A DNA stretch of 25,901 bases from an uncultured Candidatus Saccharibacteria bacterium. Lineage in GTDB: Bacteria > Patescibacteriota > WWE3 > 2-01-FULL-39-13. The DNA lies in the NCBI GenBank assembly GCA_964523665.1, contig CAZFZJ010000001.1:1-25901 (forward strand), given 5' to 3'. The notes beneath the pieces were generated by a model that made no database searches, was not told the DNA's origin, and saw nothing but the letters and a program-made list of their open reading frames with translations. Every line of letters starts with the position of its first letter. Positions within the stretch are counted from its first letter, which is position 1. Position numbers and translations under genes: made by a program. This document shows positions 8,949-18,136 of this stretch, piece after piece.

Positions 8949-9412
8949 AGAAAAATACTTTAGAGTATAAAATCCAAGATTTTCATAAAGACAGTATTGA
9001 ATTGGCGGATCTTATTAGGTCATCATCCGTTAAATATGATGCATATATTTCAATGATGCGCGGTGGGCTGATGCCAAGTATGTATATCATACAACGCATG
9101 AATAGTAGAGAGCTCTCATTCATTGGAGGTCGTTTTGATGAAAACAATAAGTTCACATTCGATTATATCCCACTTAGAAAATTCAAAGGGAATGTTCTTC
9201 TAATTTCTGACTTCGTGAAATCAGGTAAAACGATTCAAAAATGTATTGATTATCTGAAGCAAAACGCTAATGAAGGAATTAAAACTATAGATCTTGCAGC
9301 AATTCATTACTTCCCTACCGTTTCTTCAATACCTCCAAAATATTTTATTCACGAATATAGAGACGATCTTTTTATAGAGTTCCCCTGGGATGAATATTCG
9401 CATTTTGATTAA
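8945..9412 (+). CDS. Type I phosphoribosyltransferase (purine-salvage, Gpt/Hpt-like)
   Basis: MMRGGLMP loop, PRPP-binding loop VLLISDFVKSGKT, C-terminal FIEFPWD as in xanthine/guanine PRTases. GTG start. Confidence 0.8.
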   Translation: MKKNTLEYKIQDFHKDSIELADLIRSSSVKYDAYISMMRGGLMPSMYIIQRMNSRELSFIGGRFDENNKFTFDYIPLRKFKGNVLLISDFVKSGKTIQKCIDYLKQNANEGIKTIDLAAIHYFPTVSSIPPKYFIHEYRDDLFIEFPWDEYSHFD

Positions 9413-9430
9413 TAGTATAATGATCCTATA

Positions 9431-10171
9431 ATGTCTACGCTTTTTATTGCATCAACGCCAATAGGTAATATAAAAGATATAACAATTCGAACAATTGATC
9501 TTTTTAAAACCCAGACAATCTTCCTTTGTGAAGATACAAGAATGACTCGAAAATTATTTCAATTACTCGAAATCGACTCTAAAGATAAGCGATTTATTTC
9601 AAACTTTGAACATAATGAAAGAATTCAGGTTGCAAGATTTATTGAAATGCTAAAACATGGTGAAGATTTAGTTTTAGTTTCAGATGCTGGAACTCCATTG
9701 TTGAGTGATCCAGGTTTCCCGTTAGTTCGTGAGATTCGAAAGTTAAAATCTGAAGATCCGATCTCATATACTAATATAAACATCGAAGTGCTTCCAGGAC
9801 CAAGCTCTATTACTACTGCATTAGTGCTTTCAGGACTCCCAACTAATAAATTTACTTTTTTGGGTTATTTCCCTCGTAAATCATCTGAGTTGAAAAAACT
9901 TTTGACTAATGTGAAGGTATCTTCAGAATCATTGACGGTCTCGTATATTGGTTTCGAGTCACTTTATAGAATAACGGCATCTCTTAGATTAATCCAAGAA
10001 GTATTGGGGGAAAATGCTTACGTATCGGTATGTAAAGAATTAACTAAAAAGAATGAGGCTATATATTCGGGGACAGTTTCGCAAATTTTGGAAAAGATTG
10101 AGAATAATCAAATTAATCTCTCTGGAGAATTTATTGTAGTATTTAGATTAGTGAATGATTTTTTAAAATAA
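9431..10171 (+). CDS. rsmI: 16S rRNA (cytidine1402-2'-O)-methyltransferase
   Basis: TPIGNIKDITIR, CEDTR, LVSDAGTPLLSDPG, PGPSS, FLGYFPRK, CKELTK, GEFIVV motifs. Confidence 0.96.
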   Translation: MSTLFIASTPIGNIKDITIRTIDLFKTQTIFLCEDTRMTRKLFQLLEIDSKDKRFISNFEHNERIQVARFIEMLKHGEDLVLVSDAGTPLLSDPGFPLVREIRKLKSEDPISYTNINIEVLPGPSSITTALVLSGLPTNKFTFLGYFPRKSSELKKLLTNVKVSSESLTVSYIGFESLYRITASLRLIQEVLGENAYVSVCKELTKKNEAIYSGTVSQILEKIENNQINLSGEFIVVFRLVNDFLK

Positions 10172-10942
10172 ATGGATAAAAAACTTTTTGAAAAGATAAA
10201 AAAAGCAGCACAAGATTCAATTGATCACCCAGGAGCAAATCGGAAACCATTGCCTAAAAAGGAATCACCAGTTGATCCTGAGTTATATGTGTTTCGCCAT
10301 GGCGAAACACATGACAATATAAATAAAGTTTTTTCAGGCTGGAGAGATTCAAAGATTACGGCAAAAGGAATCGCGCAAGCTGAAGAACTTGCAGTTGCCT
10401 TAAAAAATAAACGGATTGATCTCTGTATTACTTCTCCTCTTTCAAGATCAAAAGAAACCGCTAGAATTGCTCTTAGGAATCATCCAGAAATAGTGTTTGA
10501 AGAAGACCCAAGAATTATTGAGAGAAACTATGGAGAATTGACTGGCCATAGCAAAGAAAAACTTATGGAAGAAAATCCAGAATTAGCAACAAAATACAGA
10601 CGAGGATATGATACTCCTCCTCCAAAGGGAGAATCGATGAAAATGGTAGAAGAACGGGTATTTCCTTTTTGTGATGAATTAGTTGAACGGATCAAGAAAA
10701 ACAACATTAATGTTGCAGTATCATGTCATGGGAACTCAATGCGAGCTATACGCAGGTATTTCGAAAAATTGAGTATAGTCGAAGAATTAACCGTCGAAAA
10801 TCCCTTAGCAAAAACTTACGCACAGTATGTAATCAGAAATAAAAATTACCAAGACTCAGGGGTTGTATTGAAAAAATCTTATCTCGATAAACTTTATATC
10901 CCGAGCAAAACAATTCTAAATAAACTATTAGGTCGTAAGTAA
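10172..10942 (+). CDS. gpmA: 2,3-bisphosphoglycerate-dependent phosphoglycerate mutase (histidine phosphatase family)
   Basis: RHGE..N...FSGW.D motif, ERNYGELTG, PPPKGES, HGNSMRA; ATG directly follows the rsmI stop. Confidence 0.85.
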   Translation: MDKKLFEKIKKAAQDSIDHPGANRKPLPKKESPVDPELYVFRHGETHDNINKVFSGWRDSKITAKGIAQAEELAVALKNKRIDLCITSPLSRSKETARIALRNHPEIVFEEDPRIIERNYGELTGHSKEKLMEENPELATKYRRGYDTPPPKGESMKMVEERVFPFCDELVERIKKNNINVAVSCHGNSMRAIRRYFEKLSIVEELTVENPLAKTYAQYVIRNKNYQDSGVVLKKSYLDKLYIPSKTILNKLLGRK

Positions 10943-10964
10943 TTTTTTATGCTAATATTTTTAT

Positions 10965-12410
10965 ATGGATAATTTTACTGCCCCAACCGACCAGCAAAGT
11001 AGTCAGCCTACTTCTCAGAATCAATCTCCACAGCTACCAACTAATCCAGCGACAACAACACTTGTAGAACCAACCCAAACTATGCCGGTCGACCCTATGG
11101 ATAATCTTTCTCCACAGCTTGAATCAAAAACAGAATCGTCTACTATCCCGAATCCTTCAACTCCAAATGTACCTCCGATTGATCCTCTGGCTGAATATAA
11201 ACAAGAACCCAAAAAGAAAAGAAAGTTCCCTTTCTTAATATTGCTAATCGTATTTTTTATGCTTTTCGCAATGATTGGTTCCTTTTTTGTTATTGGAGTA
11301 ATGGCGGCGTATGATAAGGTAAAACTTCCTGATAACATGAATTCTATCGATAATGCTTTTACTGGTATGGTTATGAAGATACCTGTATTCCCAAAAACTC
11401 CAAAAATGATTTTGATGAGTGCGGTGCTTGCTCATGAGAATATTTCAACAGCTTATACTGAAATTTCAGTGGCAATAGACTTGCCGGAGCTTAATCGATT
11501 ATTCTTAAACCAGGTCCCTGAATTTTTAATCAAAGGCCCTGTTGATCTTACAAATCCAGAAAAACCTAGTGCCGACTTATCTATCAATCTTTCTAATCAG
11601 TTTGGTGCCAATGTAATTGTTAAGGAAGATACATGGTATTTCAAATTGAATCAATTGCCAGCATTTATTTGGACATATCTTGGTGTAGCAGGAGTGTCAA
11701 ATACTCAAGATAACCCTATTATTAATAAATGGGTGTCTGTTCCTTTTTCAGAACTTGGCACAGATGCCGCCAAAGCATTAAAAGAGGATTCTGATAACTC
11801 ATCGAGTGATATGAGTAACGCAACAGAAAAGGCTCTTCTTAAATATATGGACGATTCGATATTACCGATGATTCAAATGAATACAGAAAAATCTGAATCT
11901 GGAGAGGACGTTTATAAGATGACATTAAACATTACAGGAAATCAAGTTGATGAGTTTATGAGAATTATGTCTGAGGATGCTGCTTTTGAAGGAACTAAAG
12001 ATTTATATACAGGGGATTATGTAAAAGTTGAATCTGTTAAGGTTAATCTGTTATTTGGCAAGAATGATTATTTAATGAGAACCGGGACTATGGTAATGAC
12101 ATTAAAATCTAAACTGCCGTCAGCATCTCAAGTTTTGGGTAGAAACACATCGATTATGAACGAGGTTTCTGATTCTGAAGGCGAAACAGCGAAGATCTCG
12201 ATGGGTATATCATTCTCAAGGCATGGTGAACAGTTTGTAATTACTGCTCCTGAAGGTGCAATGAGTATTGATGATTATAGTTTATCCATTGGTAACTATA
12301 TGAGACAGAAAGAGCAAGAGAAGTATATGGAGCAATATATGAACTATGATGATAAGTATCAGGATGTTCAGTTTGATGGTTTTTCCGATGATATTTCAGG
12401 ATTTGAATGA
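10965..12410 (+). CDS. Hypothetical membrane protein: Pro/Thr/Gln-rich N-terminal tail, one TM helix, large extracellular domain
   Basis: 481 aa; low-complexity residues 1-80, KKKRK followed by a hydrophobic helix, then a beta-rich domain (WYFKL...KWVSVP). Confidence 0.85.
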   Translation: MDNFTAPTDQQSSQPTSQNQSPQLPTNPATTTLVEPTQTMPVDPMDNLSPQLESKTESSTIPNPSTPNVPPIDPLAEYKQEPKKKRKFPFLILLIVFFMLFAMIGSFFVIGVMAAYDKVKLPDNMNSIDNAFTGMVMKIPVFPKTPKMILMSAVLAHENISTAYTEISVAIDLPELNRLFLNQVPEFLIKGPVDLTNPEKPSADLSINLSNQFGANVIVKEDTWYFKLNQLPAFIWTYLGVAGVSNTQDNPIINKWVSVPFSELGTDAAKALKEDSDNSSSDMSNATEKALLKYMDDSILPMIQMNTEKSESGEDVYKMTLNITGNQVDEFMRIMSEDAAFEGTKDLYTGDYVKVESVKVNLLFGKNDYLMRTGTMVMTLKSKLPSASQVLGRNTSIMNEVSDSEGETAKISMGISFSRHGEQFVITAPEGAMSIDDYSLSIGNYMRQKEQEKYMEQYMNYDDKYQDVQFDGFSDDISGFE

Positions 12411-12430
12411 TATCCTTATTTTTGATTAGA

Positions 12431-13564
12431 TTATAAGGAGTCTTGTATTTGGAGTAGTCGATTGTATTTTGCTGTTCTCTCTCCTCTAGCCGGTGAACCA
12501 AATTTTACGTATTGAGAGCCGATGCCAACGGCAAGATCAGCAATAAAATCATCATTTGTATCAGTCCCTCTATGCGATACTATTGTTGACCAGCCATTCT
12601 CTTGAGCCATTTTAACAACTTTAAGCGTTTCATAAAGCGTACCTATCTGATTTGGCTTAATAATTATCGAATTACCAACTTTGCGATTGATTGCTTCTCT
12701 TAAAAATTTCGGATTAGTGGTTGTAAGATCATCTGTCACGATCCTAACCTTATTTAAAAATTGTGATGCAAAATATTCCCACTGTGCCCATTGTTCTTCG
12801 GAATAAGGATCTTCAATAGATTCAATTGGATAATCAGCCACAATCTTTTTATAATCTGGGTATTCCATCCCTTCTTCGAATGAACTTGCGGCGATATCTA
12901 GTGCAATATGTTCGCCCTTTAAATGAGATGAAAGCAAATCGAGAGTCGACATATTATCGAAACCTTCAGGTGAAAAAGCACCTTCGGCACCAACATTAGT
13001 AGATTTGCCCATCGATACGAGAGCTTTTTTAACGTCTTTGTATATGTCAATTCCTCTTTGAATATCTTCAACGATTGCCATGAATTCTTGAATTGTAGAA
13101 TCATTTGAGCCATGAATCCCGCCTTCTAATATAAGCATATACATTTTTGGTATTTTAAAATCGACTTCATCTACAGGCACATCTTTTTCTAGCAATGTAT
13201 GAATGTATTGATATGTTTCTAAACCCTTAGATTTGGCACAGGCCTTGCAAAAGGCTATTGAGATCGATAACATCAAATTGCCACCTAATTTCGATTTATT
13301 ATTTGTTCCATCAAGCTCAATAAGCCTTATATCAAGATCATTTTGCGATGAGAAGTCTGTGTTTTGCAGTTTCGGTAGCAAATCTTCAAGGAGTTCTGGT
13401 GCTCTATTAGGATCAATTGCATCAACTTCAGATTTCCCCTTCGAGAGTCCACCTGGAACAGATGCTATTCCTATGGAGCCATCGTCCAAAATCAATTTGG
13501 TTTCCAAACTCCAGCCTGCACCTGAATCTATGATTTTTCTAGCAGTGATATCCTTTATAAACAT
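12431..13564 (-). CDS. eno: Enolase (short, divergent)
   Basis: VPGGLSKG, GGIHG..QEFM, AEGAF, LDIAAS, SIEDP, DDL, IKPNQIGT, SHRG, GERTAKYNRLL. Confidence 0.95.
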   Translation of the reverse strand: MFIKDITARKIIDSGAGWSLETKLILDDGSIGIASVPGGLSKGKSEVDAIDPNRAPELLEDLLPKLQNTDFSSQNDLDIRLIELDGTNNKSKLGGNLMLSISIAFCKACAKSKGLETYQYIHTLLEKDVPVDEVDFKIPKMYMLILEGGIHGSNDSTIQEFMAIVEDIQRGIDIYKDVKKALVSMGKSTNVGAEGAFSPEGFDNMSTLDLLSSHLKGEHIALDIAASSFEEGMEYPDYKKIVADYPIESIEDPYSEEQWAQWEYFASQFLNKVRIVTDDLTTTNPKFLREAINRKVGNSIIIKPNQIGTLYETLKVVKMAQENGWSTIVSHRGTDTNDDFIADLAVGIGSQYVKFGSPARGERTAKYNRLLQIQDSL

Positions 13565-13566
13565 TG

Positions 13567-15861
13567 TTATTTCTTCTTTCTTACAACTTCGAGTTCTGAT
13601 TCAGTTACAATTTTTCTTGTTAGATAAGCAACATCAGGCGATACTGAAACAGATGTGACGCCCCATTCTACGAGCTTTCTTGTTAACTCTGGATATGTTG
13701 TTGGAGCTTGCCCACATATTGATACTTTAACTCCACGTTTTTTAGCGGTTCTTATAATTTTTTCGAGAGCCCATAGAACTGCAGGGTTTCTTTCATCGTA
13801 GATATTCGAAATTTTCTGATTATCCCTATCTAGTCCAAGAATTAACATTGTGAGATCATTTGAACCGATAGAAAGGCCATCTACACCAGCATCGATAAAT
13901 TCATCAAGCATAATTACATTTGAAGGGATCTCTACCATCATAAAAAGTTCAAAACTCCCTCGTCTAGTCAATCCCATTCCAGATAAAATTCGTTTACATT
14001 CCTTGAATTCATCAACGGTTCGAACAAAAGGTAGCATTAATTGCAGGTTTTTGTATCCAAGCTTGTTTCGAACATATTTGATTGCCTCAACTTCCATTGC
14101 GAATACTTGTTGGTCAACGATGTATCTCGAGACGCCTCTAAAACCGATCAAGGGATTTTGTTCTTCTGCTTCATATTTCTCTCCACCTTTTAGTGATCGA
14201 TATTCATTTGTTTTAAAGTCTGTTGCGCGATAAATCACCGGTCTTGGATTAAATTCTCTAGCAAAAACTTCTAATCCATCAATTAATTTTTTGGTAAATT
14301 CTTTACTTTTACCTTCTTCAATGAACGCCATTGGGTGCTTGCCTATTTCAGCAATCATAAATTCTGCTCTTAATAGCCCTACTCCATCTACTCCCATTGC
14401 GGCAACTTCTTTTGCTTTCTCTGGTTCTGCAAGGTTTACATATACTTTTGTAGCAGTTTTTGCATTTTTATATTCTGAATAATCTTTTTCAGGTTCAAGC
14501 TTTTTGAGTTGCTCTAAGTAGTTACCAGCATAGATTTTGCCTTGATAACCATTTACAGTTACAACTTCTCCTGTTCTCAGCATAGATGTTGCGGATTCAG
14601 TGCCAACAATGGCCGGGATTCCTAATTCTCTTGAAACAATTGCTGCATGAGAAGTTACTCCACCTTCGTTAGTTATAATGGCACTTGCTTTTCTCATTGC
14701 AGGAACAAAATCAGGATTCGTCATTTCTGTTACTAAGACTTCTCCTGGTTCTACTAAATTAATTTCTTTTGCTGTATGTATTATTTTTACTTTCCCAGAG
14801 GCATAACCTGGAGATGCTGGTGTTCCATCTAGAATTATGTCTTTTAATGGGATATCCATTACAGCTGCCTCTTGTTTTTCAACATTCTTCTCGTCATTTT
14901 TGGTGAGAGTTGTAATAGGTCTTGTTTGTACTATATACAATTTTCCACCTTGCATGCCCCATTCAATATCTTGTGGGTGGTTGTAATGTTTTTCTAACTT
15001 AAGGCCTATTTGTGCGAGTTCAACTATTAATTTATCGGAAAGCTTTTGTTTCTCTTGGTAATCTCTTGAGATTTCGATTCTACCGGCTCTTGTTAATTGC
15101 CAAGTTTGTTTGACTATATGCTTTTTCTTAATTTTTAAACCTTTTTTGTCGAGTATATATTGATCGGGTGTAATGGTTCCTGAAACTACCGTTTCACCTA
15201 ATCCATATGCGGCCTCAATTGAAATTTCTTCTTTATTATTTGTTAGTGGATTAACTGTGAACATAATCCCAGATACTTCGCTTTGAACCATTAATTGAAT
15301 TGGTACAGCGATTCCGACTTTAAAGTGATCAAAACCTTGTCTTTGTCGGTAATATATTGCTCTTGCTCCAAAGAGTGATGCCCAGCAGTTACGAGTTGCT
15401 TCTACAACATTTTCCCAACCGATTTTATTCAGATAGGTTTCTTGTTGACCGGCAAAACTTGCGTCAGGTAAATCTTCTGCAGTTGCAGATGATCTAACAG
15501 CTACGGGCTTATCTGTATTGCCACAGAGGTAATGATAGGATCTTTTTATTTCGGCAATAATTTCTTCAGGGATTGGAGTCTCTTTTATTGACTTTTGAAT
15601 ATTTTCTGCTTTCTCTTGTAAGATTTTGGATTTTTCAACGTCGAGCCCTTTTAGCTCTTTTTTGATCATATCCATCAAACCCATTTCCTCAATAAATTTG
15701 TAATATGCGTTTGAGGTGACGACAAAACCATCAGGAACAGGAATATCATTGTTAAACATTTCTCCTAGGTTTGCGCCTTTACCTCCAGCAATAGGAATGT
15801 CACCTTTTCCAAGTTCTGAAAATGGCTTAATGAGGGGTACTGTTTTTGAGTAGTTGGGCAT
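13567..15861 (-). CDS. ppsA: Phosphoenolpyruvate synthase (pyruvate, water dikinase)
   Basis: GGKGANLGE, VRSSATAEDLPDASFAGQ, phospho-His motif GGVTSHAAIVSRELGIP, NPLIGFRG, SIGSNDLT, ICGQAP. Confidence 0.98.
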   Translation of the reverse strand: MPNYSKTVPLIKPFSELGKGDIPIAGGKGANLGEMFNNDIPVPDGFVVTSNAYYKFIEEMGLMDMIKKELKGLDVEKSKILQEKAENIQKSIKETPIPEEIIAEIKRSYHYLCGNTDKPVAVRSSATAEDLPDASFAGQQETYLNKIGWENVVEATRNCWASLFGARAIYYRQRQGFDHFKVGIAVPIQLMVQSEVSGIMFTVNPLTNNKEEISIEAAYGLGETVVSGTITPDQYILDKKGLKIKKKHIVKQTWQLTRAGRIEISRDYQEKQKLSDKLIVELAQIGLKLEKHYNHPQDIEWGMQGGKLYIVQTRPITTLTKNDEKNVEKQEAAVMDIPLKDIILDGTPASPGYASGKVKIIHTAKEINLVEPGEVLVTEMTNPDFVPAMRKASAIITNEGGVTSHAAIVSRELGIPAIVGTESATSMLRTGEVVTVNGYQGKIYAGNYLEQLKKLEPEKDYSEYKNAKTATKVYVNLAEPEKAKEVAAMGVDGVGLLRAEFMIAEIGKHPMAFIEEGKSKEFTKKLIDGLEVFAREFNPRPVIYRATDFKTNEYRSLKGGEKYEAEEQNPLIGFRGVSRYIVDQQVFAMEVEAIKYVRNKLGYKNLQLMLPFVRTVDEFKECKRILSGMGLTRRGSFELFMMVEIPSNVIMLDEFIDAGVDGLSIGSNDLTMLILGLDRDNQKISNIYDERNPAVLWALEKIIRTAKKRGVKVSICGQAPTTYPELTRKLVEWGVTSVSVSPDVAYLTRKIVTESELEVVRKKK

Positions 15862-15883
15862 GATGTTCTTATTAAATAATTAA

Positions 15884-16207
15884 TTAAAGATCTTCACCAA
15901 TACTAGGATTTGGTTCCATCCGACTTTCTGGGATCATGACGCTAGGTGTTGGCCATATTCCTGGTTCGATGGGAGTTGGTCTAATGTATGGTGTAGTAAT
16001 AGGAGTTGGGATTTTGGTGTTTTGATATTTTCTTTCCCATCTTATCGAAGAGGCTTTAGCATCGAAGCCTAGTGAGTTGCTCATATATCCAAGTACCATA
16101 AATACTGAAGCTATTACCATCCATAAAATAAAGATGATATAGATTTCTGTTCTGTCATTACTTTCTGTTACTGTTTTTTTAGTAGGTATTTTCTTGTTGG
16201 AAGGCAT
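15884..16207 (-). CDS. Small hypothetical membrane protein with Pro/Thr-rich tail
   Basis: 107 aa; one TM (IYIIFILWMVIASVFMVLGY) followed by PTPITTPYIRPTP. Confidence 0.7.
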   Translation of the reverse strand: MPSNKKIPTKKTVTESNDRTEIYIIFILWMVIASVFMVLGYMSNSLGFDAKASSIRWERKYQNTKIPTPITTPYIRPTPIEPGIWPTPSVMIPESRMEPNPSIGEDL

Positions 16208-16272
16208 TATAAAATAAAAATAGGCATACTATATACATCTAGTTTGTTACAAATCGGGTTTAATTTCAAGCC

Positions 16273-16698
16273 TTATTGTAATAACTTGAGGATTGCTCGT
16301 TCTAAAGTTTCAAAGTGTTTAAGAGTTATTTGATCGGGAAGTGTGATGCTCACTTCGTGTACTAATGTATTTCGTGCTTTGTGTGCTTCCCAGATTTTGT
16401 TATATAGCTCAGGTGAATACCATTTTTTTGCGGATTTTAGTCTTTCACCCATAGTTTCACCTTTAAAATGGAGTTTTTTGAATACATGATCAAGTAGTTT
16501 GTCGGCTTCAATTAGTGCGTATTTTTTTGCGTGTGTATCTTGGTTTGTAGTGAGTTTTCGAAGTTCTGTTAATTTTCGTTTAACTTTAGGAGCCCAGGCT
16601 TTTTTATTCTTACCAAAAATATAGTTGGTATAAAAAAGCCCGCTAATTAGTAGCAAGGTAGTAAAACCAACAAAAATGAAAATGATGAATTCAAACAT
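16273..16698 (-). CDS. Membrane-anchored helical protein with HEPN-like RxxxxH motif
   Basis: N-terminal TM; ALIEADKLLD..GETMGERLK..WEAHKARNTLVHE; own TG-C-TATACT box 7 nt upstream. Confidence 0.75.
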   Translation of the reverse strand: MFEFIIFIFVGFTTLLLISGLFYTNYIFGKNKKAWAPKVKRKLTELRKLTTNQDTHAKKYALIEADKLLDHVFKKLHFKGETMGERLKSAKKWYSPELYNKIWEAHKARNTLVHEVSITLPDQITLKHFETLERAILKLLQ

Positions 16699-16719
16699 TA
16701 AGATTAGTATAGCAGTATA

Positions 16720-18078
16720 TTATTCTCTCTCTCCACCGATTTGGGCCTCGAGTTCTTTGATCATCTTTTCTACAGTTTCCTGAGAATTTGCTTCGATATT
16801 TAGTCTAACGACTGGTTCTGTGTTTGATTTTCTAACACTGAAATGCCAAATTCGTTTATTATCAAACGCAATTCCATCTGTTTGGTCCACAGTAAATCCT
16901 AGCGATGTATAATGATTGAGTATCTTTTCCAGAATTTTATCGGCATCATCGACTTTAAAATTAATTTCACCGCTCATAAAATATTTTGCTTTATAGCTGG
17001 CAAGTAATTTGGAAAATGTTAACCCTGCTTCAGTTAGGAGTTTAAGTAAAATTGCCGTTGTGAGCATAGAGCTGTCGGCGTAATGCATATCCTTATAGTA
17101 AAAGTGTGAGGAATTTTCACCACCGAAGACCGCATCTTCAGTTCTCATCATCTCTTTAATGTAAGAGTGTCCGGGCTTACATCGGAGTGGGATACCACCT
17201 GCTTGCTCTAAAGTATCTAGAATTGCCCATTCTAGTCTATTTTCATGTACAATCTTCGCTCCAGGGTATTTTTTCAAGAGTTCTTTAGCAATTATTGCTA
17301 CCATGAAGTAACCTGATGAATATTCGCCATTTTCATCGATAAAGAATATCCTATCCCCATCGCCATCAAGAGCAATCCCAAAGTCTGCTTTTTCATCTAC
17401 TACTCTCTTTCGGAGTTCCGCAGTGTTCTCTTCTTTAATAGGATTTGCTTCATGATTTGGGAAGTTCCCATCAGGGTCAAAATACATTTTTATGATGTCC
17501 AAATCTAGATCTCCAAAAACATTTTCAAATATTCTTCCACCCATTCCGTTAGCGGCGTCTATTACTATCTTAAATTTCTTGACGCCAGATAAATCGATTA
17601 GATTTAAAATTTTCGATTTGTATTCTGGGTATACATTAACATGCTCAATGTTCCTAGGTGCACCTAAATGTTCGAAAGTCTTATCAATAAGGGTTTCTTT
17701 AATTTGATCCAATCCCGAGTTACCCCCTATAGGATATGCTCCTTTTGACACCATCTTCATACCATTATATATAGATGGGTTATGAGATGCCGTGATCATT
17801 ATCCCTCCTGGTAAATTATAATGGCCCACTCCAAAGTAAAGCATTTCTGTACCTATCATTCCAAAATCAATGACTTTTGCACCGCTGTCATTGATACCCT
17901 GCGTTAATCCTTCATAAATTTCATCAGATGAAATTCTCATATCTCGTCCGACTGCAACTTCGTTAACTCTCAAATACTCAACAAAAGCTCTACCGATTTG
18001 GTATGAAACTTCTTTATTTATTTGATCTGGGTAAGTGGCGCGAATATCATACGCCTTAAAAATTGAGGGATCTATCAT
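16720..18078 (-). CDS. manB: Phosphomannomutase/phosphoglucomutase (alpha-D-phosphohexomutase)
   Basis: FKAYDIR, phospho-Ser ITASHNP, metal loop DGDGDR, GGENSSH, RKSNTEP. Confidence 0.93.
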   Translation of the reverse strand: MIDPSIFKAYDIRATYPDQINKEVSYQIGRAFVEYLRVNEVAVGRDMRISSDEIYEGLTQGINDSGAKVIDFGMIGTEMLYFGVGHYNLPGGIMITASHNPSIYNGMKMVSKGAYPIGGNSGLDQIKETLIDKTFEHLGAPRNIEHVNVYPEYKSKILNLIDLSGVKKFKIVIDAANGMGGRIFENVFGDLDLDIIKMYFDPDGNFPNHEANPIKEENTAELRKRVVDEKADFGIALDGDGDRIFFIDENGEYSSGYFMVAIIAKELLKKYPGAKIVHENRLEWAILDTLEQAGGIPLRCKPGHSYIKEMMRTEDAVFGGENSSHFYYKDMHYADSSMLTTAILLKLLTEAGLTFSKLLASYKAKYFMSGEINFKVDDADKILEKILNHYTSLGFTVDQTDGIAFDNKRIWHFSVRKSNTEPVVRLNIEANSQETVEKMIKELEAQIGGERE

Positions 18079-18136
18079 AGTAAGCGAATTCTAGCATATC
18101 GGTTGTCTATTTTTAAAAAACACTTAAAATAATCCT

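Noticed and set aside
16207-16227. uORF MPIFIL with TAATG overlap onto the 15884-16207 gene
   Set aside because: The nearest -10-like box (TATAGT) abuts its ATG, so transcription would start inside it; too short to support.
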